Shown in pieces: positions 41,585 to 51,990 of a stretch of DNA of 64,000 bases. The stretch's first letter is position 1; the number at the start of each line of letters is the position of its first letter. Made by a program: the position numbers and the translations under genes. A model generated the notes under the pieces. The model saw nothing but the letters and a program-made list of their open reading frames with translations, was not told the origin of the DNA and did no database searches. The DNA comes from Nocardioidaceae bacterium UBA4001 (GTDB lineage: Bacteria; Actinomycetota; Actinomycetes; Propionibacteriales; Nocardioidaceae), in NCBI GenBank assembly GCA_002384855.1, contig DGBP01000020.1, forward strand, positions 31,687 to 95,686, in the 5' to 3' direction.

Positions 41585-42841
41585 TCAGCGGACGTGGCCG
41601 TCCCCGGTGACGACGTACTTGGTCGACGTCATCTCCGGCAGTCCCATCGGGCCGCGCGCGTGCAGCTTCTGGGTGGAGATCCCGATCTCCGCCCCGAACC
41701 CGAACTCGCCGCCGTCGGTGAACCGCGTCGAGGCGTTGACGAGCACCGCCGCCGAGTCCACGGCCGCGGTGAAGCGGCGGGCGGCAGGCTGGGAGCGGGT
41801 GACGATCGCGTCGCTGTGCCCCGAGGAGTAGCGCCGGATGTGGGTGATGGCGCCCTCGAGGTCGGGTACGACGGCCGCGGAGATGTCGAGGGAGAGGTAC
41901 TCCTCGGCGAAGTCCTCCTCGGTCGCCGGCACGACGCCCTCCAGCCTGGCGAAGGCCGGGTCGCCGTGGACGGTCACTCCGGCCTCCTGCAGCGCGCCGA
42001 CCACCCGGGGCAGGAAGGCGGCGGCGACGTCGGCGTGCACGAGCAGCGACTCCGCGGCGTTGCACACCGAGGGCCGGTGGGTCTTGGCGTTGAGGACGAT
42101 GGCGAGCGCCATGTCGAGGTCGGCCTCGGCGTCGACGTACACGTGGCAGTTGCCCACCCCGGTCTCGATCACCGGGACGGTCGACTCCTCGACCACCGAG
42201 CGGATCAGGCCCGCGCCCCCGCGCGGGATCAGCACGTCCACGAGGCCGCGGGCCCGCATCAGGGCCTTGGCCGGCTCGTGCCCCTCCCCCGGCACCAGCG
42301 AGATCGCGTCCTCCGGCAGGCCCGCGCCCGCGACGGCCCGGCGCAGCACGGCGACGATGGCGGAGTTCGAGCCGAGGGCGCTCGAGGAGCCGCGCAGGAG
42401 CACGGCGTTGCCGGCCTTGAGGCAGATCCCCGCCGCGTCGGCGGTGACGTTGGGCCGCGCCTCGTAGATGAACCCGATCACCCCGAAAGGCACCCGGACC
42501 TGCCGCAGCTCGAGGCCGTTGGCGAGGGTGGACCCCCGGACCACCTCCCCGACCGGGTCGGGCAGTGCCGCGACGTCGCGCAGGCCCTGCGCCATGGCGG
42601 CGACCCGCGCCTCGTCGAGCCGCAGCCGGTCGAGGATCGCGTCGGGGGTGCCGTGCGACCGTGCCCTGGCCACGTCGTCGGCGTTCGCGGCGATCACCTC
42701 GGGGGCGGCCGCGACGAGGGCGTCGGCCATGGCGTGCAGAGCGGCGTCCTTGTGGGCCCGCGTGGTGACCGCGAGCTCGTTGGCGGCCTCGCGGGCTCGT
42801 TCGGCCACGGCTACGAGTGTGTTGCCTGCATGGCTCGTCAT
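41585..42841 (-). CDS. proA: Glutamate-5-semialdehyde dehydrogenase
   Basis: Typical GPR blocks [13 protein letters not shown], catalytic-Cys context [10 protein letters not shown], and [31 protein letters not shown]. Confidence 0.95.
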   Translation of the reverse strand: MTSHAGNTLVAVAERAREAANELAVTTRAHKDAALHAMADALVAAAPEVIAANADDVARARSHGTPDAILDRLRLDEARVAAMAQGLRDVAALPDPVGEVVRGSTLANGLELRQVRVPFGVIGFIYEARPNVTADAAGICLKAGNAVLLRGSSSALGSNSAIVAVLRRAVAGAGLPEDAISLVPGEGHEPAKALMRARGLVDVLIPRGGAGLIRSVVEESTVPVIETGVGNCHVYVDAEADLDMALAIVLNAKTHRPSVCNAAESLLVHADVAAAFLPRVVGALQEAGVTVHGDPAFARLEGVVPATEEDFAEEYLSLDISAAVVPDLEGAITHIRRYSSGHSDAIVTRSQPAARRFTAAVDSAAVLVNASTRFTDGGEFGFGAEIGISTQKLHARGPMGLPEMTSTKYVVTGDGHVR

Positions 42842-42866
42842 GGCACCAGCGTAGGACTCGGGCCGG

Positions 42867-43217
42867 TCAGAACGGGAGCGGTGTCACGTCCTGGAGGTCG
42901 ACCACGACGGAGTACTCCATGCCGCGACTCTGGAAGACGTGCCGCTCGATCACCTCGAGGCCCACCACCTCCCAGCGGGGCAGGCCGGCGGAGTCGCGAT
43001 GCTCGTTCCAGACCCTCAGCGCGAGCGAGGAGGCGTCGAGGAGCGACTCGGCCTCCTCCCAGTACTGGATCTCGGCCCGCGCGCCGTCGTACTTCATCGA
43101 GTGCATGAACGGTCGCTGGTCGCTGAGCCGGCGCAGGGCGTTGCGGACCACGAGGGGCTCCATGCGGTCGCCCGCGACGGTCACCCTCACGTGCCAGAGC
43201 CGGACGGGCTCGCCCAC
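42867..43217 (-). CDS. Hypothetical protein (116 aa) between proB and proA
   Basis: Strong G/C third-position bias and co-directional with neighbours. No motif recognised. Confidence 0.6.
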   Translation of the reverse strand: MGEPVRLWHVRVTVAGDRMEPLVVRNALRRLSDQRPFMHSMKYDGARAEIQYWEEAESLLDASSLALRVWNEHRDSAGLPRWEVVGLEVIERHVFQSRGMEYSVVVDLQDVTPLPF

Positions 43218-43304
43218 ATCCCACCTCTTCCAGGTCCCGGAACCTCGTGCCCAGTCTCCCCTTGCGGCACAGGCAGCGGCAGGGGAATCGGGAAAGTGGT
43301 CAGG

Positions 43305-44447
43305 CTACGGGACGCGGTGGCGGGGGTGGACCAGGAGGACCAGGTCGTCACGGTGGACCACCTCGCGCTCGTAGGAGGAACCGAGCTCCCGGGACAGCTC
43401 GTGGGTGGACCGCCCTACCAGACCGGGAAGCTCGTCGGAGTCGTAGTTGACCAGCCCGCGCGCCACCGCCCGGCCGTGCGCGTCGACGAGGTCCACGGGG
43501 TCCCCCGCGGCGAAGGAGCCGTCTACCCCGGTGATCCCCGCCGGGAGCAGGGAGGCCCGGCGCTCGACGACTGCGCGCACCGCCCCGTCGTCGAGGACCA
43601 CGCTCCCCTTCGGCTCGGTGGCGTGCGCCAGCCACAGCAGTCGCGTGGGCCTGCGACGTCCGGTCGGGTGGAACATCGTGCCCACCTGCTCGCCCGCGAG
43701 AGCCGGGGTGGCCTGCTCGGCGGAGGTGAGTACGACGGGGATGCCGGCACCCGTGGCGATCCGGGCCGCCTCGACCTTGGTCTGCATGCCCCCCGTGCCC
43801 AGTCCCCCGGGGCCCGCCCGCCCGATCGTGACGGCCTCGAGGTCGTCGTCGGAGGACACCTCGGCGAGCAGGCTCGTGCCCGGGGCGGTCGGGTGGCCGT
43901 CGTACAGCCCGTCGACGTCGGAGAGCAGGAGCAGTAGGTCGGCGTGCACGAGGTGGGCGACGAGCGCGGCGAGCCGGTCGTTGTCGCCGAACCGGATCTC
44001 GGTCGTGGCGACCGTGTCGTTCTCGTTGACGATGGGGACGGTGCCCATCTCCAGCAGCTTGGCGAAGGTCCGGTAGGCGTTGCGGTAGTGGTTGCGCCGG
44101 GTCACGTCGTCGACGGTGAGCAGCACCTGGCCGACGGTCTGCCCGTGGCGGGCGAACTCCTCGGTGTAGCGGTGCACGAGCAGGCCCTGGCCGACCGAGG
44201 CCGCCGCCTGCTGGGTGGCGAGGTCACGCGGGCGCCGGGAGAGGCCGAGCGGAGCGAGACCCGCGGCGATCGCCCCCGAGGAGACCAGCACCACCTCGGC
44301 GCCGCGGGCCCGGAGCCCGGCCAGGGTGTCGACCAGCGAGCGGACCCGGGCGGGGTCGATGCCGCCCTCTGCCGTGGTGAGCGAGGACGAGCCGACCTTG
44401 ACCACGACCCGGCCGGCCGAGGCGACGCCCTGGCGCCGCGTGGTCAC
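43305..44447 (-). CDS. proB: Glutamate 5-kinase
   Basis: [16 protein letters not shown]...[12 protein letters not shown] and a C-terminal PUA domain. ATGA-type overlap with the obg stop. Confidence 0.95.
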   Translation of the reverse strand: MTTRRQGVASAGRVVVKVGSSSLTTAEGGIDPARVRSLVDTLAGLRARGAEVVLVSSGAIAAGLAPLGLSRRPRDLATQQAAASVGQGLLVHRYTEEFARHGQTVGQVLLTVDDVTRRNHYRNAYRTFAKLLEMGTVPIVNENDTVATTEIRFGDNDRLAALVAHLVHADLLLLLSDVDGLYDGHPTAPGTSLLAEVSSDDDLEAVTIGRAGPGGLGTGGMQTKVEAARIATGAGIPVVLTSAEQATPALAGEQVGTMFHPTGRRRPTRLLWLAHATEPKGSVVLDDGAVRAVVERRASLLPAGITGVDGSFAAGDPVDLVDAHGRAVARGLVNYDSDELPGLVGRSTHELSRELGSSYEREVVHRDDLVLLVHPRHRVP

Positions 44448-45991
44448 CGCTGCTCGTCCTCGACGCCCGGGTCGTCCTCGTCCCAGCCGAGGTCGAGCTC
44501 TGCGCGGGCCTCCTCGTCGAGCTCGATCTCCCCGGCGTCGGCGAGACGGCGTGCCACGTCGGCACGGGTCTCCCCCGGGGTGCGGTTGCGGAACGCCTCG
44601 TCGATCGCCCGGCGGCGCTGGGCGGCCCGCCGCTGCTCGTCGAAGCGCTGGTCCTCACCGCGGCGGCTGAGGATCTCCGCACCGGCCTGCATCATCGGCT
44701 TGAAGTCGAAGACCACCGCGTTGTCGGCCTCGCCGATGAGGACGGTGTCGCCCTCCGCGGCACCGAGCTGCAGGAGCTTGTCCTCGACCCCGAGCCGGTT
44801 GAGCCGATCGGCGAGGAAGCCCACCGCCTCGTCGTTGCTGAAGTCGGTCTGGCGGACCCAGCGCTCGGGCTTCTCGCCCCGCACGCGCCAGCCCTCGCCG
44901 GTCTCCTTGATCGTGAACTCCGGCCCGCCCGCCGCGGTCGGCGGGCGCAGCACGATCCGGGTGGCCTCCACGACGGGCTTGCTCCTGCGGGCCGCGGAGA
45001 CGATCTCGGCCATCGCGAACGCCAGCTCGCGCAGACCCTCGTGGCTCGCGGCCGAGACCTCGTAGACCCGCAGCCCCCGCTCGGCGAAGTCCTCGCTGAC
45101 GATGTCGGCGAGGTCGCGCGCGTCGGGCACGTCGACCTTGTTGAGCGCGACCAGCCTGGGACGGTCGTCGAGACCGCCGTACCTGCTGAGCTCGCGCTCG
45201 ATGATGTCGAGGTCCTCGAGGGGGTTGCGCCCCGGCTCCATGGTGGCCATGTCGATGACGTGGACCAAGGCGGCGCAGCGCTCGACGTGGCGCAGGAAGT
45301 CGTGGCCGAGGCCCTTGCCCTCGCTCGCGCCCTCGATCAAACCCGGGACGTCGGCGACGGTGAACGTGACGTCGCCCGCGGTGACAACGCCGAGGTTCGG
45401 CACCAGGGTCGTGAACGGGTAGTCGGCGATCTTCGGCCGGGCCCGGGACAGGGCCGCGATCAGGCTCGACTTGCCCGCGCTCGGGAAGCCCACGAGCCCG
45501 ACGTCGGCGACCACCTTGAGCTCGAGGGTGATGGTCCGGTCGTCGCCGGGCTCGCCGAGCAGGGCGAATCCGGGGGCCTTGCGCTTGCTCGAGGCCAGCG
45601 CCGCGTTGCCGAGACCGCCGCGGCCGCCCTCGGCGACGACCATCTCGGTGCCGGGGCCGACGAGGTCGCCGAGGACGTTGCCCCGTTCGTCGGTGACGAC
45701 CGTGCCCTCGGGGACCGGGAGGACGAGGTCCCCGCCGTGACCACCGTTGCGGTGGCCCCCCGCACCGTGGCCACCGTGGGAGGCGCGACGGTGAGGGCTG
45801 TGGTGGTAGTCGACCAGCGTCGTCACGTCCGGGTCGACCCGGAGGATCACGCTGCCGCCAGGGCCCCCGTTGCCGCCGTCCGGGCCGCCGAGGGGCTTGA
45901 ACTTCTCGCGGTGCACCGACGCCACGCCGTTGCCCCCTCGCCCGGCGGTGACGTGCAGCACCACACGGTCTACGAAGGTGGGTACTGCCAT
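44444..45991 (-). CDS. obg: GTPase ObgE/CgtA
   Basis: Obg fold [27 protein letters not shown] domain [25 protein letters not shown]-terminal OCT-like domain. Confidence 0.96.
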   Translation of the reverse strand: MAVPTFVDRVVLHVTAGRGGNGVASVHREKFKPLGGPDGGNGGPGGSVILRVDPDVTTLVDYHHSPHRRASHGGHGAGGHRNGGHGGDLVLPVPEGTVVTDERGNVLGDLVGPGTEMVVAEGGRGGLGNAALASSKRKAPGFALLGEPGDDRTITLELKVVADVGLVGFPSAGKSSLIAALSRARPKIADYPFTTLVPNLGVVTAGDVTFTVADVPGLIEGASEGKGLGHDFLRHVERCAALVHVIDMATMEPGRNPLEDLDIIERELSRYGGLDDRPRLVALNKVDVPDARDLADIVSEDFAERGLRVYEVSAASHEGLRELAFAMAEIVSAARRSKPVVEATRIVLRPPTAAGGPEFTIKETGEGWRVRGEKPERWVRQTDFSNDEAVGFLADRLNRLGVEDKLLQLGAAEGDTVLIGEADNAVVFDFKPMMQAGAEILSRRGEDQRFDEQRRAAQRRRAIDEAFRNRTPGETRADVARRLADAGEIELDEEARAELDLGWDEDDPGVEDEQR

Positions 45992-46133
45992 GGGTCGGTC
46001 CTCACTTGTCGTGGCCTCGGGTGCCGCTTTCCCACGTTAACCGGGGAAACCGGCACTCCCCGCGGGATATTCATCGAGGTATGTACTGCTTCACCAGGTG
46101 AACGTGGGAAAGCCGGGTCGGCTCCGGGAACGA

Positions 46134-46171
46134 GCCAGGGGCGCTCCGCGGTGTCGCGGAGCGCCCCTGGC
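46134..46171 (-). terminator. Very stable hairpin between rpmA and obg (terminator/attenuator or processing site)
   Basis: 17-bp perfect stem (gccAGGGGCGCTCCGCG-gtgt-CGCGGAGCGCCCCTggc), 26 nt downstream of the rpmA stop. No U tract. Confidence 0.5.
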
Positions 46172-46196
46172 GAAGTCGTTGCTGGTGCTGCCTACG

Positions 46197-46454
46197 TCAC
46201 TCAGACGTCGGGACGACGTTGACGACGCGGCGACCGCGCTTGGTGCCGAACGCGACGTTGCCCGCGACGAGTGCGAACAGGGTGTCGTCGCCACCACGGC
46301 CCACGCCCGCACCGGGGTGGAAGTGCGTGCCACGCTGGCGGACGAGGATCTCGCCGGCGTTGACCAGCTGGCCGCCGAAGCGCTTGACGCCGAGGTACTG
46401 CGCATTGGAGTCGCGGCCGTTCTTGGTGGACGCCGCGCCCTTCTTGTGTGCCAT
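46197..46454 (-). CDS. rpmA: 50S ribosomal protein L27
   Basis: [29 protein letters not shown]...[14 protein letters not shown]. Confidence 0.97.
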   Translation of the reverse strand: MAHKKGAASTKNGRDSNAQYLGVKRFGGQLVNAGEILVRQRGTHFHPGAGVGRGGDDTLFALVAGNVAFGTKRGRRVVNVVPTSE

Positions 46455-46495
46455 GAGTTCAGTCCTTGGGTGTTCAGACGATCAGCGTGTGCTGA

Positions 46496-46804
46496 TCAAG
46501 CCGAGATGTCGGTGACCTTGACCTGGGTGTACTTCTGACGGTGACCCTGGCGCTTCTTGTAGCCGGTCTTGTTCTTGTACTTCTGGATGACGATCTTGGG
46601 GCCCTTGGTGCCACCGAGCACCTCGGCGGTCACGCTTGCCTTGCCGAGCGTGTCTGCGTCCGAGGTGACCTTCTCACCGTCGACGAGCAGCACCACGGGA
46701 AGCTTGACCGAGTCGCCGACCTCGCTGGCAACCTTGTCGATCTCGATGACGTCACCGACAGCAACCTTCTGCTGCTGGCCGCCACTGCGCACGATCGCGT
46801 ACAC
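46496..46804 (-). CDS. rplU: 50S ribosomal protein L21
   Basis: (V)[23 protein letters not shown]...[27 protein letters not shown] start. Confidence 0.97.
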   Translation of the reverse strand: MYAIVRSGGQQQKVAVGDVIEIDKVASEVGDSVKLPVVLLVDGEKVTSDADTLGKASVTAEVLGGTKGPKIVIQKYKNKTGYKKRQGHRQKYTQVKVTDISA

Positions 46805-46927
46805 CGCGGACTCACTCTCTTCGTCGGACTACAAGAACGGTTCTCCCGGCACCGCTCGCTCTCCGACCTGAGGGTGGGAGCGTGCGACCTGCGCACAGGA
46901 GGGGCGCGCGTTGCACGCCGAGGATCA

Positions 46928-46956
46928 AGTCTACGGACGATGCCCTGCCGGGTCAA
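46928..46956 (-). promoter_or_regulatory. Near-consensus housekeeping promoter of the rplU-rpmA operon
   Basis: The minus strand reads TTGACC (46956..46951), 17 nt, TAGACT (46933..46928). This predicts a leader of about 115 nt before the rplU GTG. Confidence 0.6.
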
Positions 46957-47326
46957 AACGCCTGTCCCGTCCTGCGCGGACTGCCCGTACCACTGCCGTC
47001 AGGTGTGCACGAGCAGCCACGGGTTGGTGGGCAGCGGCGTGTACGACGGCGTGCAGACCGCTGCGACGAAGCCGATCCGCCTCTGCGTCGGCCCGCTCGC
47101 GACTCGAGAAGCTGCAGTCGTACCCGCGTGACCCCTCCACATGGACGCGGTACATGAGGACCCGCTCCGCCGTCAGCCTCTTGTTCTCTCTCACGTCTCC
47201 AGGCTGAGACGACCGATTCCGGGACGAATCGGGCTGAGGTCCTGTCGCGGTCCGCGACCGGTTGTCCGACACCGCGCCTGGCCCGGAGATCCGCTCGGGC
47301 GGAGCCCCTCGGTACGCGGGCGGGCT

Positions 47327-47347
47327 CCCGGGGGAAGCTGCCCCGGG
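47327..47347 (-). terminator. Candidate terminator hairpin downstream of rne
   Basis: CCCGGGG-N7-CCCCGGG, a 7-bp G/C stem 18 nt after the rne stop. No U tract. Confidence 0.35.
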
Positions 47348-47364
47348 AACCCTCCCGACCCTGC

Positions 47365-50300
47365 TCAGCGGCGGCGTGAACCGCGCTTCTTGACCGGTAC
47401 GTGCGGGGTCGTCGGGCTCTCGGCACCGACGGCGCCGTCGCCTGCGTCGGTCACCTCGGCGGAGTCGACCAGCACGGCGATCGGCTCGGCATCGGCCGGC
47501 TGGTCCGCGACCTGCTCGGCGGCCGACTCGGTCGCGACCGACGAGCCGGCACCATCCGTGTCCTCCACGGCGGTGCCGCCCTGCGGCGGGCCGGCGGCGC
47601 GACGGGCACTACGCCGCCGCACCGTGGTGACCACGGTTGCTGCCGCAGGTGCAGCGGCCTCGACCGGGGTCCCGGCTGCGGTCTCGGTGGTCGCCTGCCC
47701 CACCTCGGTGGCCGCCGCGTGCTGCGCCACGTCGGCTGCGGGGGCCGGGGTCGGCTCGGACGTCGCCGCCGGCGTCGTCTCAGCAGTAGGCACGGTCGTC
47801 GGCTCGCTGATCGGCTCGGGCGGAGCGGCCTCGCGACGGGCACGTCCACGGCCACGCCCTCGGCCACGAGAGGTCGTCGAGGTCGCCGCCTCCTCCGCGA
47901 CGGCCTGCGCCGCGGCCGGCTCGGCGCCGGACTGCTCGGACTGCTCGTCCTGAGTCTGCGGCGCGACCTCACCTGCGGGCGCCTTCTCGACGGGCCCGTC
48001 CGCCGCAGGCGGCTTCGCGGGCCTGCCCTGCGCAGACCTCGCCTCGACCTGTGTCGCCTCGACCCGCTCACCCGCCTGTTTCGGCTCGACCTGCGACTCG
48101 TCGCCGGCCTTCTCTTCGCCGGCCTTCTCCTCGTGACGGGCCATCGCCGCAAGGTCCTTCGGCGAGGGCACTGCCCCACCGTTGCCGCCGCTCGGGACCT
48201 CGTCACGGCCTCGCCCACGGCCGCTTCGACGGCCACGGCGCGGCTCCTCCTCGGTCTTCCGCTTCGACTCCACCGGCTCGTGGTGCAGGACCAGGCCGCG
48301 ACCGGAGCACGCCTCGCAGCTCTCGGAGAACGCCTCGAGCAGGCCGGTGCCGATCCGCTTCCGGGTCATCTGCACGAGGCCGAGCGAGGTCACCTCGGCG
48401 ACCTGGTGACGCGTCCGGTCCCGGCCCAGGCACTCGACCAGCCGGCGCAGGACGAGGTCGCGGTTGCTCTCGAGCACCATGTCGATGAAGTCCACGACGA
48501 TGATCCCGCCGATGTCACGCAGCCTCAGCTGGCGGACGATCTCCTCGGCCGCCTCGAGGTTGTTCTTCGTGACGGTCTCCTCGAGGTTGCCGCCGGACCC
48601 GGTGAACTTGCCGGTGTTCACGTCGACGACCGTCATCGCCTCGGTGCGGTCGATGACGAGGGAACCACCCGAGGGCAGCCAGACCTTGCGGTCGAGCGCC
48701 TTCTCGATCTGCTCGTCGATGCGGTGCTCGGCGAAGATGTCCCGCTCGCCGTCGTACTTCTCGAGCCGGTCGGCGAGGTCGGGCGCGACGTGGCTGACGT
48801 AGCTCTCGACGGTGTCCCAGGCGTCATCGCCGGAGATCACGAGCTTGGAGAAGTCCTCGGTGAACAGGTCGCGCACGACCTTGAGAGTCAGGTCCGGCTC
48901 GCCGTACAACAGCTGCGGCGCGTTGCCGGACTTCACCTTCTTCTCGATGTCGTCCCACCGCGCGGTGAGCCGCTCCACGTCGCGGGTCAGCTCGTCCTCG
49001 CTGGCCCCCTCGGCGGCCGTGCGGACGATCACGCCGGCGGAGTCAGGAACGATCTCCTTCAGCAGCGTCTTGAGCCGGTTGCGCTCGGTGTCGGGGAGCT
49101 TGCGGGAGATGCCGCTGGTCGTGCCGTCCGGCACGTAGACCAGGAACCGGCCGGGCAGGCTGATCTGGCTGGTGAGCCGGGCGCCCTTGTGCCCGATCGG
49201 GTCCTTGGTGACCTGGACCAGGATCGACTGGCCGGACTTCAGCACCGCCTCGATCTTGCGGGGCGTGCCGTTCTTGGCACCGAGGGCGTCCCAGTTGACC
49301 TCGCCGGCGTACAGCACGGCGTTGCGGCCCTTGCCGATGTCGATGAAGGCGGCCTCCATCGAAGGCAGGACGTTCTGGACCCGCCCGAGGTAGACGTTGC
49401 CGATCAGCGAGGTCTGCGACTCCCGCGCCACATAGTGCTCGACGAGGACCTGGTCCTCCATCACCGCGATCTGGGTCAGGTCCTCGCGCTGGCGGATCAC
49501 CATGACCCGGTCGACAGCCTCTCGGCGGGCCAGGAACTCGGCCTCGCTCACGATGGGGGCGCGCCGGCGGCCGGCCTCACGACCCTCCCGGCGCCGCTGC
49601 TTCTTGGCCTCGAGGCGGGTGGAACCGCTCAGCGAGGTGATCTCGTCCTCGGCGTTACGCGGCTTGCGGGCGCGCGGCTCCTCGCCACCTTCGCCTTCAC
49701 CGCGACGGCGACGGCGCCGGCGACGGGCGGTGCCGGAGCCCTCCTCCCCCTCGTCGGACGTCGACCCCTCCTCGGCGCGCTGCTCGCTGCCCTGGTCCTT
49801 GTCCGAGGAGCCCTCGGTGGCCTCGGTGTCGTCGCTGCCACCACCGGAGCGACGGCGGCGTCGTCCACCCCGCCGACGGCGTCGACGCTCGCCACCGCCC
49901 TGCTCCTCCTCGCCGCCCTCGGCGGCGGTCTCCGCGGCCTCGGTGGACTCGGGGACCTCCTCCTCGGCGGGGGCCCCGGCCTGCTCGGGCTCGGGCTGGG
50001 TGGCCTTCTTGGCGCCACGCCGGGCGGCGGCCTTCCTGGCCGGCTTCGCCTCGGCGGCTTCGGCCTCGGCTCCCGCCTCCGCCTCCGACTGCTCCGGAGC
50101 GGACTCGGGCGCTGCCGGCTCCGCGACCTTCTTGGCCCTGGACGAGCCGCGCTTGCGGGTGGTGACGACGGGCTTGGTCGTGTCGGGGGCCTGGAACAGC
50201 GGCGCGGCCACCGCCGACGCCTGGCGGGCTGCACCCTCCTCGGCGGGTGCTGCCACCTGCTCGGCCGAGGCCGCTGCGGAGATCTCCGCAGCCGAGGGCT

Positions 50301-50742
50301 CCGGCGTCTGGGTGTCGTCACCTGGCACCTCGGGGGCGGCGACCGCCTTCTTGGTGGTGCGCCGGGCCGTGGTGGTCTTCTTCGCGGCGGTCTTCCTCGT
50401 CGCACGCTTGGCGACTGGTGCCTCCGTCGTGGCGGATGCCTCCGCGACACTGGGCTCCCCGACCGGGGCAGGGGAGCCTGCCGGGCTGGACTCCTCGGCG
50501 CCGGTGGTCTCGGTGGCGGGGAGCGTCTCCTCTCCGGCAGCCGCGGCGGCCTTCTTGGAGGTGCGCTTCGCGGTCGGCCTCTTCGCGGCGGCCTGCTTCG
50601 CCGGGGCCTTCTTCGCAGCCGCCTTCTTGGCGGTGCGCTTCGCGGCCGCCTTCTTGGCCGGGGCGGCGGCCTCGCCGCCGGTGTCCGGGGTCTCGGCGGC
50701 GCCTTCTGCGGGGTTCTCGGCGGGGATCTCAGCGTCGAGCAT
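47365..50742 (-). CDS. rne: Ribonuclease E (Rne/Rng family) with long low-complexity N- and C-terminal extensions
   Basis: Central S1 plus catalytic core (GNVYLGRVQNVLPSMEAAFIDIG, LVIDRTEAMTVVDVNTG, IGGIIVVDFIDM, CE.CSGRG). It is flanked by A/K/T/E/P-rich and RG-repeat regions. Confidence 0.93.
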   Translation of the reverse strand: MLDAEIPAENPAEGAAETPDTGGEAAAPAKKAAAKRTAKKAAAKKAPAKQAAAKRPTAKRTSKKAAAAAGEETLPATETTGAEESSPAGSPAPVGEPSVAEASATTEAPVAKRATRKTAAKKTTTARRTTKKAVAAPEVPGDDTQTPEPSAAEISAAASAEQVAAPAEEGAARQASAVAAPLFQAPDTTKPVVTTRKRGSSRAKKVAEPAAPESAPEQSEAEAGAEAEAAEAKPARKAAARRGAKKATQPEPEQAGAPAEEEVPESTEAAETAAEGGEEEQGGGERRRRRRGGRRRRRSGGGSDDTEATEGSSDKDQGSEQRAEEGSTSDEGEEGSGTARRRRRRRRGEGEGGEEPRARKPRNAEDEITSLSGSTRLEAKKQRRREGREAGRRRAPIVSEAEFLARREAVDRVMVIRQREDLTQIAVMEDQVLVEHYVARESQTSLIGNVYLGRVQNVLPSMEAAFIDIGKGRNAVLYAGEVNWDALGAKNGTPRKIEAVLKSGQSILVQVTKDPIGHKGARLTSQISLPGRFLVYVPDGTTSGISRKLPDTERNRLKTLLKEIVPDSAGVIVRTAAEGASEDELTRDVERLTARWDDIEKKVKSGNAPQLLYGEPDLTLKVVRDLFTEDFSKLVISGDDAWDTVESYVSHVAPDLADRLEKYDGERDIFAEHRIDEQIEKALDRKVWLPSGGSLVIDRTEAMTVVDVNTGKFTGSGGNLEETVTKNNLEAAEEIVRQLRLRDIGGIIVVDFIDMVLESNRDLVLRRLVECLGRDRTRHQVAEVTSLGLVQMTRKRIGTGLLEAFSESCEACSGRGLVLHHEPVESKRKTEEEPRRGRRSGRGRGRDEVPSGGNGGAVPSPKDLAAMARHEEKAGEEKAGDESQVEPKQAGERVEATQVEARSAQGRPAKPPAADGPVEKAPAGEVAPQTQDEQSEQSGAEPAAAQAVAEEAATSTTSRGRGRGRGRARREAAPPEPISEPTTVPTAETTPAATSEPTPAPAADVAQHAAATEVGQATTETAAGTPVEAAAPAAATVVTTVRRRSARRAAGPPQGGTAVEDTDGAGSSVATESAAEQVADQPADAEPIAVLVDSAEVTDAGDGAVGAESPTTPHVPVKKRGSRRR

Positions 50743-51258
50743 GTGCTCTCCTCTGCTCCCGGGAGCGCGTCGAGAGACGGTCCACGCGGGAGCGTGTCAG
50801 TCGTCGTACCGGCGAACCGGTCCGAACGGAAGCCTGCGGTCGGGGCTCTGGCAGCTGCCGACCGCCGGGACGCGGTGGATGCGCGAGTCAGCGGTCGAGC
50901 CGTTGCCGGAGCGCGGCGACAACCTCCGAAGTCACTCGTCGTCCAGGGCTCGTGTCGGGCCGACCGCGGTCAGCGGCTCATCGTCGACCGAACCTGTCAC
51001 CTTCGGTCGAGCCGTGTCGCGTTCGGGGCTCCGACGGATCCCCTACCGTGCCGGCCAACGGATCGTCATGACCTGGCGCGAGCTGCCCCGGCAGGGCGGC
51101 GTCCACGTCGAGCCCGGCGACCTCGCAGATCGGCGAGGATGTCGTCGGGTCCCACGAACGGAGGGTTCCGTGTCGCAGGACCACCCCGAGTATCGCACAC
51201 ATCGCCCCCGATCCCGGCGAACGACGTGACGCGGACGAAAGGTGACGCGCGGGGCGGC

Positions 51259-51981
51259 TCAGCCCTCCACGCCCCCGAGCGGGTCACCCACGGTGCGCGT
51301 CTGCGGGTCCCACGGGCCCTGCGCCAGGCGGCGGTGGAGGGGCACCCCCTGCGTCACGAGACCGCCTGCCCTCCTCAACCCCTCGAGCACGTCGTCGGGG
51401 CGGACCGCGGGCGTGCCCTGGAGGATGACCACGTCCAGCGCGCTCCCCTCCCCGCTCTCCTCCGTCTCGAGAGAGGCCACGGCGGCGCGGCAGTCGAAGG
51501 CGCGAACGCCCTTCTTCGTCATCCGCTCGACCACGACCTCCTCGGCGACGAGGAAGGCGGCGGCGGCTGCCCTGGCGTCGTCGAGGGGTACGTCGGCCAG
51601 CTCGATGTTCCAGCGGCTGGCCTCGAGCAGGTCCGCGAGCGAGCCACCCCCGCTGACCACGACCTGCAGGACGTCGAGCCCCTCGGGCAACGCCTCGTCG
51701 AGCGCCGACTGCACCGCGGCCGGGTCGACGACCTGGGCGAGCGCGATCTCGAGGTACTCCGCCTCGCTGGCCGACCCCGTCGGAGCCGCTCCCGCGTAGG
51801 AGATCCGCGGGTGCGGGTTGAAGCCGGAGGAGTAGGCCATCGGGATTCGTGCCCGGAACACCGCCCGCTCGAATGCACGGGAGAAGTCACGGTGGCTCGT
51901 GAAGCGCAGCCGCCCCCGCTTGGCGTAGCGGATGCGCAGTCGCTGGACCGGTGGGGCTTGCTGCTCGGGCTGATCAGGCAC
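51259..51981 (-). CDS. TIGR03936-type radical SAM-linked protein (DUF2344)
   Basis: LRIRYAKRGRLRFTSHRDFSRAFERAVFRARIPMAYSSGFNPHPRISYAGAAPTG..SEAEY.EI. Confidence 0.85.
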   Translation of the reverse strand: MPDQPEQQAPPVQRLRIRYAKRGRLRFTSHRDFSRAFERAVFRARIPMAYSSGFNPHPRISYAGAAPTGSASEAEYLEIALAQVVDPAAVQSALDEALPEGLDVLQVVVSGGGSLADLLEASRWNIELADVPLDDARAAAAAFLVAEEVVVERMTKKGVRAFDCRAAVASLETEESGEGSALDVVILQGTPAVRPDDVLEGLRRAGGLVTQGVPLHRRLAQGPWDPQTRTVGDPLGGVEG

Positions 51982-51990
51982 CGGCCAAGC

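Noticed and set aside
50978-51287. Two ORFs of 73-74 aa inside the rne upstream region
   Set aside because: They overlap each other in different frames and have mixed third-position composition. They have no RBS or motifs, so they are treated as part of a non-coding leader.
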